10,969 nt of DNA from an uncultured archaeon (GTDB lineage Archaea; Asgardarchaeota; Lokiarchaeia; Sigyniarchaeales; SOKP01): positions 1 to 10,969 of the forward strand of contig CAYLZE010000055.1 of the NCBI GenBank assembly GCA_964388035.1. Direction: 5' to 3'. Each line of letters opens with the position of its first letter. The first letter of the stretch is position 1. Under the pieces are notes generated by a model, which saw only the letters and a program-made list of their open reading frames with translations, was not told the origin of the DNA and made no database searches. Made by a program: the position numbers and the translations under genes. Shown one piece after another: positions 1 to 9,003 of the stretch.

Positions 1-1839
1 CTCTGATTGAACGGAACGGGATGTCCCATAAGTAAAAAGTCTGATATCGCTTCCAATCGTATTATCGATAGTAGTTCCAATTCCCGCTCTCATTGATTCA
101 AGCATCACGCTCATCCCAATTAAGAAACTTACCGTGAGCGCGATCATTGAATAACTTAGAATCGTGCGTTTACGATGCCTTAATATGTTTTTCTCGGTTA
201 ATAATTTAGTTTGCTTGAGATAAGGTCCAAAGAAAAATATTATACCTTTTGAGAGTAAGCGCACAGCAAGGGCAGTTAAAATAATGATACCAAGTAAAAT
301 GAATGTTGGCCCTGCAATACTAGTTAATCCAGCCGTTCTAAGACCCGGTCCTTGACTTATTGAATAGATGGAATCCACGCCCAAGTAAATTAACCCTATT
401 CCAATCAGAGCATAAACAATTCTTTTTTTATAGGGTTTCTTTTCTCGTTCGCTTTTTTCTTCGATTGGATTTAAACATTCTATTAATGGCTTCCTGCTTG
501 CTTTATAACTAGGATAAAGTGATCCGGCTAAACAAGAACCTAATCCCACGGCGAAAGTTATGATGAGGGTGGTTGGATTCAACACGATTTCAAATTCAGA
601 AGGAGCAAAACCCATTCCACCCGAACTTTGAACCAACCCTTGCAGAGTATTTACAGTAAGAGAAAAAATGGCATAAGATATGAAATAGGATGCGACAGTT
701 CCAATCCCTGAGCCTACCAATCCCATTACTACTCCTTGGGTCAAGAATAACCGGAAAGTTTCAGATTTTGAAGCCCCTATGGCTTGAATCATTCCCGTTT
801 CATATTCCTGTTCTTCTCGGATGATATTAAAGATATTCCAAATTAAAACGATTGAAAGAATTAGGGATACCAGACTGAACATTAAAAACATGGTTCTAAA
901 AGTATCCATGGAAATGTTAATGCTATCAAGATAACTGGTTTTTAAATCAACCGTTTTCCAGTATTTTCCATTTTTTAATTGAGATAATTCATGTTGAACG
1001 TTTTCCATTACACCAGCAACGTTATAGATGCTATTTGCACCAATTGCAGCTAAAGTATATTCTCCTTTATGATTTTGCGTACCATCCACGAGTGCATGAG
1101 CATTATCAATATTACAGAATAGTAATGGTCCCGATTGAGAAATAGTGCTTGATTGGTTAGTTTCGGGATTGAAATCAACCGCTTCTGCATTATCCCGTAT
1201 TATGGCAGCTACAGTATACTCAGGCCACGTTCCTGTATTTTGCTCTTTATAACCAAAAGAATCTCCACTTACTGGAAAAATCCATAGACGTGAACCAGCA
1301 TTAATGTTTTTATTCAATAGTATTTGTAAAGATTCCGTAATTACCACTACTTTATCCCCCGTCTTTTGGTCTTTATAGGCAAGGAGATCATCTATAGAGG
1401 TGGCACCAGATAATGCCGGCACTGCAGCAATAATATAGGGGTCTGAACCTAAAGCGTTCTCATCCTCGCTATTGATATCGAGACCATAAACTTGGGTATA
1501 CGTGCTATTTTCAGCTTGATTCCCTTTATCCGTTCCGCTCACAAAAACATTAAATCCTGAAATTCTATATGCAACGTGAGCAACATTATCCGTGTTTCTT
1601 AAAATATTGTCTATTTCTCCGGGTTGGAACCAACCATCATCATAATTCCAGCGTACGAGCGAATCGGCTGGGCCTAATTGTTGGTTAATCGTGTTTAACA
1701 TCATGGCATTAAAAGAATCAGAAACAATGTTAATTCCTCCGAATAAAGAAACGCCGATAACTAATGTAATTGCGGTTAAAATGTATCGTGCCTTTCTTCT
1801 TCTCATGTTGCGTAGAGCAATTCTTAAAATTACTCCCAT
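1..1839 (-). CDS. FtsX/MacB-family ABC transporter permease (double-repeat type), 3' end outside the window
   Basis: Hand translation from ATG 1839 gives MGVILRIALRNMRRRKARYILTAITLVIGVSLFGG (MacB N-terminal motif plus TM1). The FtsX motif REEQEYETGMIQAIGASKSETFRLFLTQGVVMG lies near 720-820, and a second repeat KNILRHRKRTILSYSMIALTV near 130-195. The segments read are all in the same frame, which runs to position 1. Confidence 0.92.
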   Translation of the reverse strand, partial: MGVILRIALRNMRRRKARYILTAITLVIGVSLFGGINIVSDSFNAMMLNTINQQLGPADSLVRWNYDDGWFQPGEIDNILRNTDNVAHVAYRISGFNVFVSGTDKGNQAENSTYTQVYGLDINSEDENALGSDPYIIAAVPALSGATSIDDLLAYKDQKTGDKVVVITESLQILLNKNINAGSRLWIFPVSGDSFGYKEQNTGTWPEYTVAAIIRDNAEAVDFNPETNQSSTISQSGPLLFCNIDNAHALVDGTQNHKGEYTLAAIGANSIYNVAGVMENVQHELSQLKNGKYWKTVDLKTSYLDSINISMDTFRTMFLMFSLVSLILSIVLIWNIFNIIREEQEYETGMIQAIGASKSETFRLFLTQGVVMGLVGSGIGTVASYFISYAIFSLTVNTLQGLVQSSGGMGFAPSEFEIVLNPTTLIITFAVGLGSCLAGSLYPSYKASRKPLIECLNPIEEKSEREKKPYKKRIVYALIGIGLIYLGVDSIYSISQGPGLRTAGLTSIAGPTFILLGIIILTALAVRLLSKGIIFFFGPYLKQTKLLTEKNILRHRKRTILSYSMIALTVSFLIGMSVMLESMRAGIGTTIDNTIGSDIRLFTYGTSRSVQSE

Positions 1840-1898
1840 TTTAATCTTCTCTTTCTTTTTTTTGTAAATTCATGATTAGTTTTTTAAAAAAATGAGGT

Positions 1899-1914
1899 AT
1901 TATAAATTCTTTCG
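1899..1914 (-). promoter_or_regulatory. Putative archaeal BRE-TATA promoter of the permease gene
   Basis: Minus strand reads CGAAAGAA-TTTATAAT about 60 bp upstream of ATG 1839. Confidence 0.5.
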
Positions 1915-2342
1915 AACCAAAGGTTACTAAAAAAATTAGCATATTGGTCTCAAGATCATTTTTTTAAAATTCTTGCAATATAGAATTTCTTGATTAATAT
2001 CAATTCTGAGTATATTTTTTATAAGTTAATATTTTATAATTTTAAATGAAGGGGTTGAGTTAACAATTAGCGTTTAAAAGTATTTAAGAATGAGAGAAAT
2101 GCACCAGGGAAAAAAGAGATAGTTAATAAAATCTATTATTTCAATAATTTTACAGTCATAATCATTTGTATTTTATTTTTTTTTATGTAATTATCCATCC
2201 AATAAGAACCCAAATCATGATCGGGGAAAATAAATAGTTAAAATATAAATTTATAATAAAAAAACAATTGTAGAAATTCTTTATTTAAGAAAGAGTTGAT
2301 ATGACAATACTTCATGCATTTAAGAGACTGTAAATTGATATC

Positions 2343-2663
2343 ATGAATAAGCAGAAAATTGACATGGATATTTACGATGAGATATTAAATTCTTATGAGA
2401 AGACAAAGAATGATCCAAATGAAAAAGAAATACAATTTTGCAAATTAATCATAAAAATCATGCAATCAAAGTCTTTAGAACCAGAGTTAGAGAGTTCTCT
2501 AATTTTTTTAATGGGCATCTTTGAATCCAAAACACATTTATATTCCAAATCTGGTACAGATCATAAAAAATTTGACCCCATTCAGGAATCATTAGTTAAA
2601 CTTGTGTTACTGGAGGAATATTTATATAGTAAAGATATAGACAGATTTTTAACTATTGAATGA
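2343..2663 (+). CDS. Hypothetical protein, 106 aa, probably helical
   Basis: Non-overlapping ORF in very AT-rich DNA. It is preceded by ATTGATATC, the same 9-mer that precedes the MBL start. No recognisable motif. Confidence 0.65.
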   Translation: MNKQKIDMDIYDEILNSYEKTKNDPNEKEIQFCKLIIKIMQSKSLEPELESSLIFLMGIFESKTHLYSKSGTDHKKFDPIQESLVKLVLLEEYLYSKDIDRFLTIE

Positions 2664-2728
2664 AGAAATCCTTTATTAAAAATATTTATTAATTGAAAAA
2701 GAATAGAATAAATTCAATTTATAATAAT

Positions 2729-3919
2729 TTAAATTTTTCCTTTTAAATTGTCAGCTGAGAATGGTCCTTTTTCTCCAATCAATTCACGAGCCTCATCAAC
2801 CTTTTCCCATACATTCCATAGTAATACACCCCTAACTCTACCATCCTTCAAGTAATAAATCACCCCTTCTTCAAATTCCTCCTTCCAATCTTCCACTATC
2901 TCTAAAGAAGAATTCAATTCACCTACTGCCTCATATCCAAGTTCAAAAAGATCGGAATAAAATAGGGATAAATAATCGTAAGGTTCCTTTTCTCCCGCCA
3001 TGTTTTTTCCAGCGATTTCCCCCATCGAAAGGGCGTTATCCTCGTGTTCAACGCGAATGGATTTTTCAAGTAAGGAATTTCGGAAGTTTGCAACATCTCC
3101 CGCAGTATAAATATTAGGATCGTTCGTTTGAAGTAAATTATTTACGACGATTCCGTTATCCACTTTTAAATTAGATTGTTTGGCTAATTCTACATTTGGT
3201 TGAATACCCAAACCTGCCACAATAGTATCAAATTTATAATTCTTTCCGCTTTTGGTATCAACAGAAAATTCTTTTCCTTGCTTCTTTATATTCACGACCA
3301 ATTCTCCAGGATAAACCTTGACTCCGTTTTCGCGATAATAATCATTGATATAATCGCTCAAATTCTTAGGAAAAATTAGAGCACAAATCCCGGTTTCAGG
3401 AAATAATATGGTCACTTCTGCTTTAGGTTTATGCATTTTGATAGCTGCAGCAATCTCCGACCCGATAAATCCACCCCCAATCACACCAAACCTCTTATCT
3501 TTATCAACAAGCTTTTTCAACTGTTTATAATCTTCAAGAGTCCTATAATAAATTATTCCCTCTTCTTGAATATTTGGAAGTTTCCTTGGAGTTCCCCCCG
3601 TAGCTAATAAGAGTTTTTCATATGCAAATTCATCGTTTTGATCATCCATTACTATCTTCTTAGAACGGTCAATTTTGACTGCAGTGCGAGTGAGATGTAT
3701 TTCGGCATCAGTTTCAGTCGAGCCCAAATCAATATCCTCAACATCGTCTTCCCCCTTCCAGAGACCCTTAGAGAGGGGAGGACGTGCATATGGAGGATAT
3801 TTATCATTACTTATGAGTCCAATGGTTCCACTGGAATCAATTTCACGAATTCCTTCAATCGCAGTACTTGCTGCCATGCCCCCACCAATTATAAGATATT
3901 TATAGTTAAATTTAGTCAT
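2729..3919 (-). CDS. NAD(P)/FAD-dependent oxidoreductase, ferredoxin-reductase/AIF-like
   Basis: FAD-binding IIGGGMAA, PYARPPLSK, LLLATGG, NAD-binding VIGGGFIGSE, IYTAGDVA, RVEHEDNA and C-terminal GVIYYL..GVLLWN motifs. GGAAGTGA ribosome-binding motif upstream. Confidence 0.93.
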   Translation of the reverse strand: MTKFNYKYLIIGGGMAASTAIEGIREIDSSGTIGLISNDKYPPYARPPLSKGLWKGEDDVEDIDLGSTETDAEIHLTRTAVKIDRSKKIVMDDQNDEFAYEKLLLATGGTPRKLPNIQEEGIIYYRTLEDYKQLKKLVDKDKRFGVIGGGFIGSEIAAAIKMHKPKAEVTILFPETGICALIFPKNLSDYINDYYRENGVKVYPGELVVNIKKQGKEFSVDTKSGKNYKFDTIVAGLGIQPNVELAKQSNLKVDNGIVVNNLLQTNDPNIYTAGDVANFRNSLLEKSIRVEHEDNALSMGEIAGKNMAGEKEPYDYLSLFYSDLFELGYEAVGELNSSLEIVEDWKEEFEEGVIYYLKDGRVRGVLLWNVWEKVDEARELIGEKGPFSADNLKGKI

Positions 3920-4413
3920 TTATTTCACTTCCTGCTATTTTGATTTGTAATATCAATCATATTTGGATTAGAAAACAATAAAATACCTTGAATAGTTCAA
4001 AATTTAATTAAGTCCGTTCAATATTCAGTTAAATACCTTTATAAATTCAAATACTAGAAAATATTAGTCAGAGTTGAATAAATAATATGATGAAAAAAGA
4101 GTATTTAATGTACTCAAGTTCTTTGCAAAACCAGGTAACATTATTAATATGAATTGTACTTCTTGGAAAGAAGTTATTCAATTAAGAGATAAGCCCATGA
4201 AATTATTAAGCAATGAGGATAATTATAATAGGATGATTTATTAAAAGGATGGATTTGAATGTAAGGGTTCTCTTTTTAAATAAAATTCCAAAGTGTTAAT
4301 ATTTACATTGTTATCTGTTCTTTAATCTTTTCTTCTATTTTGAAATCAGAAGAATCAAATTGCTTATTTTTTTTTATATCATAATGAAAAAATCTTAAAG
4401 AACGATTGATATC

Positions 4414-5445
4414 TTGACAGAATATAAATCAGAAATTAAGGTAATTGAAGGAATAACTAAGATTAAAATCAACGTACCTTTTGCGGTACGATATGTAAGC
4501 GTTTATTTATTCAAAGCGGGAAGTGAATATGTGCTTTTTGATGCGGGGTTGAATATGGGAAATTGGAAGGAAATATTCTTTGCTGCTTTGGATGAAATTG
4601 GAGTATCCATTAAAGATGTTAATTATTGCTTCATATCTCATGAGCATCTGGACCATGAGGGATTAGCTAATACATTTAAACGGAGAAATCCAAATATGAA
4701 AATTTTAATGCATGATATTACTCATGAAATGCTCAAGTGGGAATCTGACGAAGAAAATATGGGTCACATCAAAAAGGATGCAGAGGAAATGGCTCGGATG
4801 ATGATGAAATATGGCATAAGTGAAGAACAAGGAGAGAAATTGGTACAATGGTTTACCATGTGGCCTAGATACAGAAAGTACGTGAAACCTGATATAATAC
4901 TTCATGATGGAGATGAAATACCTATCAGTAACGATGTACTGAAAATAATTTGGACTCCTGGACATAGCTTAGGGCATATTTGCGTTTATGATACCAATAC
5001 AAGTTATTTGTTTGGGGGTGACCATATATTATCTCGTATTACACCACATATTGGAAACTTCGCAATTAACCCTGTGATAAAACAAAAATATACCGATCAA
5101 GATTTCCACAACATTTTAAAGCGATATCTTAGCTCCTTGGATTTAATCGATAAATTAAATCCTAAAATTATATTTCCAGCCCATCAAGACATTATTTATA
5201 ATCCCCATGAACGCATTGAAGAAATAAAGGCTCATCATGATAAACGCTTGCGGGAAATTTCAGAGTTAATAAGAGATAATCCAATGACTCCCTTAGATAT
5301 TTCTTTTGAACATTTTGGTAATGAATTAGATGATATAAACCGATTTTTAGCGATGAGTGAAGTTTTAGGACACCTCATATTTTTAGAGGAACAAGGAAAG
5401 GTTAAAAGAATAGAACGTGATGGGAAGATATACTTTCAAAGTTAA
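4414..5445 (+). CDS. MBL-fold metallo-hydrolase with probable C-terminal winged-helix extension (TTG start)
   Basis: LFDAG, SHEHLDH (HxHxDH), TPGHSLGH, GGDH and PAH metal-binding motifs. C-terminal LAMSEVLGHLIFLEEQGKV helix. TTTATAT at 4373-4379 upstream. Confidence 0.92.
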   Translation: MTEYKSEIKVIEGITKIKINVPFAVRYVSVYLFKAGSEYVLFDAGLNMGNWKEIFFAALDEIGVSIKDVNYCFISHEHLDHEGLANTFKRRNPNMKILMHDITHEMLKWESDEENMGHIKKDAEEMARMMMKYGISEEQGEKLVQWFTMWPRYRKYVKPDIILHDGDEIPISNDVLKIIWTPGHSLGHICVYDTNTSYLFGGDHILSRITPHIGNFAINPVIKQKYTDQDFHNILKRYLSSLDLIDKLNPKIIFPAHQDIIYNPHERIEEIKAHHDKRLREISELIRDNPMTPLDISFEHFGNELDDINRFLAMSEVLGHLIFLEEQGKVKRIERDGKIYFQS

Positions 5446-5543
5446 AATAAAGTTTTAAAACTGATTCATTTACCCGAAGCTAATTCCAATACATTTTAAG
5501 TAGAAAATAAGATAATTAAAAAAAATGAATTAGTAACTTTAAT

Positions 5544-6440
5544 TTAAGAAGGCATGGTGAATTCTGTAATCTCAGGCAATACTTCAAGTTCGGGATAGAT
5601 TTTACCCGGGAGAGGAGGAGTTCCATTATATACTTCTTCAATATTGATTGAGCCCAAGGTAACTCCTCTATATTTTTTAAATCCCAGGAATGTTCCTTTG
5701 ACAACTTGCGCAATAAATTCCATGGTCATCCCATAAACGGCCACTTTAGCATTTTCAGGTATGGCTTTTAGTTGGCTTTCGTACATCGTTAAGGGAAAAA
5801 CTAATTTCGTGTAATCTGCAGCTAATAATTGAAAACAAGGAATGACAATTGGATATCCATCATGGGGATCCAAAAATGCGATAAATTTAGGATTCATGGC
5901 CCCCGTAAAAATTTGCCTTCCGAATTTATCTAATCTCACTTCTTTCGAGTTGGATTTGGCGGCCCCTTTTGCAATTTTATTTAGAATAATTCCTTTCAAT
6001 ACCTTACCGATAGACACGTCTTGGAGAGGAGAAGCGGAGATAACGTCATTATAAAACACCCTCCAGACATTCATTACTGTAGCATATCTCATTTCCTTGC
6101 TTGTATTAAAAAAGTCGATATCTTCTCCTTCCTTCCTTATTTCTTTAAAGTTCGCTTTGATTTGGAGCATTTGCATGGGTTTTTCAATGGACATGTATAG
6201 ATATCCGTGCTTTGGACGTTTTTGAATGTATTCTTTTGAATTCCCATGTAAGAATTGTCCCCAGACAATTTGCTTGCTTGATTTTGCACGATTGGTTACA
6301 ATAAACGTAAGATGAGGCCATCCTTTTTCATCAATTGTAGAGACTAATTTAACCATCATTGGCGCATGAGTGAATTCTTGCATTTCTCTACTCAATTCAT
6401 TTTTCCAATTACTTGTTATATTTAGATTTTCCAATTTCAT
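5544..6440 (-). CDS. Tandem pyridoxamine-5'-phosphate-oxidase-like (FMN/F420-binding split-barrel) protein
   Basis: Two related halves: VKLVSTIDEKGWPHLTFI...GNSKEYIQKRPK and PKFIAFLDPHDGYPIVIPC...IPENAKVAVYG. Start moved from 6500 to ATG 6440 (or TTG 6434, 5 nt after GAGGTGA), just downstream of the GRE stop. Confidence 0.75.
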   Translation of the reverse strand: MKLENLNITSNWKNELSREMQEFTHAPMMVKLVSTIDEKGWPHLTFIVTNRAKSSKQIVWGQFLHGNSKEYIQKRPKHGYLYMSIEKPMQMLQIKANFKEIRKEGEDIDFFNTSKEMRYATVMNVWRVFYNDVISASPLQDVSIGKVLKGIILNKIAKGAAKSNSKEVRLDKFGRQIFTGAMNPKFIAFLDPHDGYPIVIPCFQLLAADYTKLVFPLTMYESQLKAIPENAKVAVYGMTMEFIAQVVKGTFLGFKKYRGVTLGSINIEEVYNGTPPLPGKIYPELEVLPEITEFTMPS

Positions 6441-6447
6441 CACCTCT
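6441..6447 (-). promoter_or_regulatory. Shine-Dalgarno-like element between the GRE and split-barrel genes
   Basis: Minus strand reads TAA-AGAGGTG-ATG-AAA-TTG. GAGGTGA is complementary to the 16S rRNA 3' end. Confidence 0.65.
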
Positions 6448-8958
6448 TTACATTGCATGCATATCTCTCGATATGATTTCTTCTTGTAATTCTTTTCCAA
6501 TAGTTATGAAATAAGCATTGTATCCCGTGACTCTTACTAATAGTTCTTTATAATTTTCAGGATGCTTTTGTGCATCCCGTAGTAAGTCTGCATTTATCAT
6601 GTTGATTTGCAAAGCTGTACCGCCATTCTCGATATATCCTCTTAGATACGATTTGAATTTCTCGCGATGTTCTTTATCCTTCAAGAGTACACCGGGATTA
6701 AAAGTTATGGTGTGAGATGCTCCATTTGGTAGATAATTAATATAAGATCCTTCTTCGGTCTTTCCGCCTAATACTTTTCCTACAGAATTGGTCACGGCTG
6801 TTGGACCGCTGTTTGCAACTCCTGTAGTGGGACATATTGCATTAGACAAGAATGAACCGTTATTTCTTCCATCGGGAGTTGCTATCGTCCTTGAGGCATC
6901 TGGTCCAGCCCAATAATTCCAAGAGAGCATTCCCGGACGATATTGACAGTTATTTGGGGTTTTATATTTCCATGTTTCATCACACCAAGTTTTCATGACT
7001 TTCCGTGCTAATTCATCATAGTCTTCATTATTAATTCCATATTTTGGAGCTTTATTTTTAAACAGCGTTTGCATTACTGCTTCTTCCTTTCTTCCTTTAT
7101 AATCATGCAATAAAGCTTGCTTTATTTGAGAAATGGTATATTTCTTCTCTTCATATACATATTTCTTAACTGCCAAGAGAGAATCAACCGTGGTGGCAAA
7201 TCCTACTCCCTCAATGGTTATGAAAGCTAATTCAGGTCCCCCATTTCTTACATCGAGCCCTTTTTCTGCGCACCCCCTAATAATTGTTGAAACAAAAGGA
7301 GTGGGAAGCAATTCTGCTCTTAATTCTTCTTGAGGATTGTAAAGATCAACCACATGTTTTATCATGAATTTTACTTGTATGGTCCAAGCATTCCAAAATT
7401 CGTCCCAAGTTTTGAAGTCTTCGGGATCTCCACTTTTAGGTCCTAATTGTTTTTTACTTCTCTTGGGATCGTTGATGAGCATGGGCATATTTTTCCCATT
7501 CCACAACGTGAGTTCAATGCTTTTAGCTAAATTAGGATTGCAGTTAACTGTTCCACTGCGATCATTTCCTTGCATCGTATTCTCAAGACATCCAACACAT
7601 GCATAATTCCATGCGTCTTTTTCTGAAATTCCTTCCAATATCATCCCGGCTATAGAGCGTTCATCAAAATTCAATAAGAAAGGTGCCCCTTGAGATCGAG
7701 AGACCATAGCAATAATCACATTTAATAATCGATCGGGAGTATTCTTATGCAATCTTATGTTCGGTTTAGGTTCTAAGCTCGGAAACCACTCATCTACCAC
7801 TTCTAAAATTGTATAGGTTAATTCATTGGTAAGGTCTTCCCCATTAGGGCCACATCCTGATAAAGTAATGAGCTGTCCAAAAGAAGAATTAATTCCGTGC
7901 TTTCCTCCCATGCACATTAAAGCATCATATGCCGTATGACAATGAAACCAAAAGCTCCCTAAAATTTCTTTTGCAAACTCCTTGGTGATATTTTTTTCTT
8001 TAATTACATCCTTTTCGTACAGATCTCCTAAAATTATATCAAACCTACCGAACGAAGTTCCTGCTCCGGGATATGATTCTTCTGCCATGATCATCATGTG
8101 TGTCATCCATATCGCTTGTACACCTTGCCAAAAGGTTTCAGCAGGTCCCCAAGGCACCCTTTCCAAGCTTTTTGCCATCTCGTCGAGTTCTTTTACTCTT
8201 TCGGGAGTAGTCGCAACTTCTTTTAGCTTTCGGCACTTTTCTGCATACTTTTTAGCCAATTTCCTAGGAATTTCCGCTGATCGCATCATTGCTCGTAATT
8301 CATCTCCCTTGGGACCTTGTTTTTCTTGTTCAGAAAGTTTTTCATAATGTTGTTTTATTGATTCATAAATGTACTTAAATCCTTTCTTCACGACCATCTC
8401 ATAATCACAGATAATATGACCAGAACACGCTCCTGCATTGCCAAATCCGTTATAATGAAAAGCTTTTATGGCATTTCTATTTGTTAATGCTTTTTTCCAA
8501 TATTGTTTTGTTTGCTTTTTTGTAAAACATTTGCTTAATAACGTGCTAAAACGACCCCCCGCAAGAAGATCATTTTCAGAAATGATTTCTTGAGGAACGT
8601 AATCCAATATGACTGTTTCAAAGAATAAGGACCGTCTTTCAGGCAGAGATAGGTCCCAGAAATCTTCGGGTAATTTTACCGGGATAGCCATTGATTCTGC
8701 AGAATAATATGCCCCCTTTCCTTTATTGCCGATCATATCCAGGATATCAGGACCCACATAAAATTCTGCTTCATAGAGTATTACATCCCAATCAACACCA
8801 GTAGTGAAAAACATGAATTGATTATTCCAACTTCTTTCATATCCACTAAAATAATAATCTCTAAGCCATTTAGAGCGTGGTAATAAGTCATGTGCTTGAG
8901 CAACAAGAAATTTTGGCTCATTCCCTTTTGTGACTGAAATATTATCGATTTTACTCAT
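6448..8958 (-). CDS. Glycyl radical enzyme (PFL2/eliminase-decarboxylase-like superfamily), substrate unknown
   Basis: 836 aa. Glycyl radical loop LLVRVTGYNAYF (Gly812), thiyl loop YACVGCLE (Cys457, Glu459), and SFGRFD, GEDLTNELT, ATPDGR, APKYG motifs. Lacks the Cys-Cys pair of true PFL. Confidence 0.95.
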   Translation of the reverse strand: MSKIDNISVTKGNEPKFLVAQAHDLLPRSKWLRDYYFSGYERSWNNQFMFFTTGVDWDVILYEAEFYVGPDILDMIGNKGKGAYYSAESMAIPVKLPEDFWDLSLPERRSLFFETVILDYVPQEIISENDLLAGGRFSTLLSKCFTKKQTKQYWKKALTNRNAIKAFHYNGFGNAGACSGHIICDYEMVVKKGFKYIYESIKQHYEKLSEQEKQGPKGDELRAMMRSAEIPRKLAKKYAEKCRKLKEVATTPERVKELDEMAKSLERVPWGPAETFWQGVQAIWMTHMMIMAEESYPGAGTSFGRFDIILGDLYEKDVIKEKNITKEFAKEILGSFWFHCHTAYDALMCMGGKHGINSSFGQLITLSGCGPNGEDLTNELTYTILEVVDEWFPSLEPKPNIRLHKNTPDRLLNVIIAMVSRSQGAPFLLNFDERSIAGMILEGISEKDAWNYACVGCLENTMQGNDRSGTVNCNPNLAKSIELTLWNGKNMPMLINDPKRSKKQLGPKSGDPEDFKTWDEFWNAWTIQVKFMIKHVVDLYNPQEELRAELLPTPFVSTIIRGCAEKGLDVRNGGPELAFITIEGVGFATTVDSLLAVKKYVYEEKKYTISQIKQALLHDYKGRKEEAVMQTLFKNKAPKYGINNEDYDELARKVMKTWCDETWKYKTPNNCQYRPGMLSWNYWAGPDASRTIATPDGRNNGSFLSNAICPTTGVANSGPTAVTNSVGKVLGGKTEEGSYINYLPNGASHTITFNPGVLLKDKEHREKFKSYLRGYIENGGTALQINMINADLLRDAQKHPENYKELLVRVTGYNAYFITIGKELQEEIISRDMHAM

Positions 8959-9003
8959 AATATCACTTTTTTTTTAGATTGATTTATAATTTAAATAAAT
9001 TAT

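Noticed and set aside
1920-2300. Short A/T palindromes, e.g. AATTCT-N8-AGAATT near 1967-1987, or a structured RNA in the long spacer
   Set aside because: Expected by chance at this AT content; no GC-rich stems or repeated consensus seen.
3638-3943. Plus-strand ORFs 3638-3943 and 3675-3905
   Set aside because: Antisense shadows of the oxidoreductase with no motifs.
2331-4085. TAA readthrough or recoding, suggested by two in-frame TAA codons shortly after start codons
   Set aside because: TAA terminates most well-supported genes in the window at their expected ends.
4705-6054. ORFs 4705-4965, 5516-5713 and 5842-6054
   Set aside because: Antisense or alternate-frame overlaps of better-supported genes.
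6441-6500. N-terminal extension of the 318-aa ORF from TTG 6500
   Set aside because: Overlaps the conserved GRE C-terminus; a better start with an SD motif lies at 6440/6434.
7133-8347. Plus-strand ORFs 7133-7333, 7364-7606 and 7982-8347
   Set aside because: Antisense shadows within the GRE, Ser/Phe-rich as expected from reverse-complement codons.
6448-8958. Calling the GRE pflB, bssA/assA, cutC or nrdD
   Set aside because: No Cys-Cys pair (PFL), GCLE instead of GCMS-type loop (BssA), CutC substrate motifs not evident, and no NrdD ATP-cone or zinc-site architecture.
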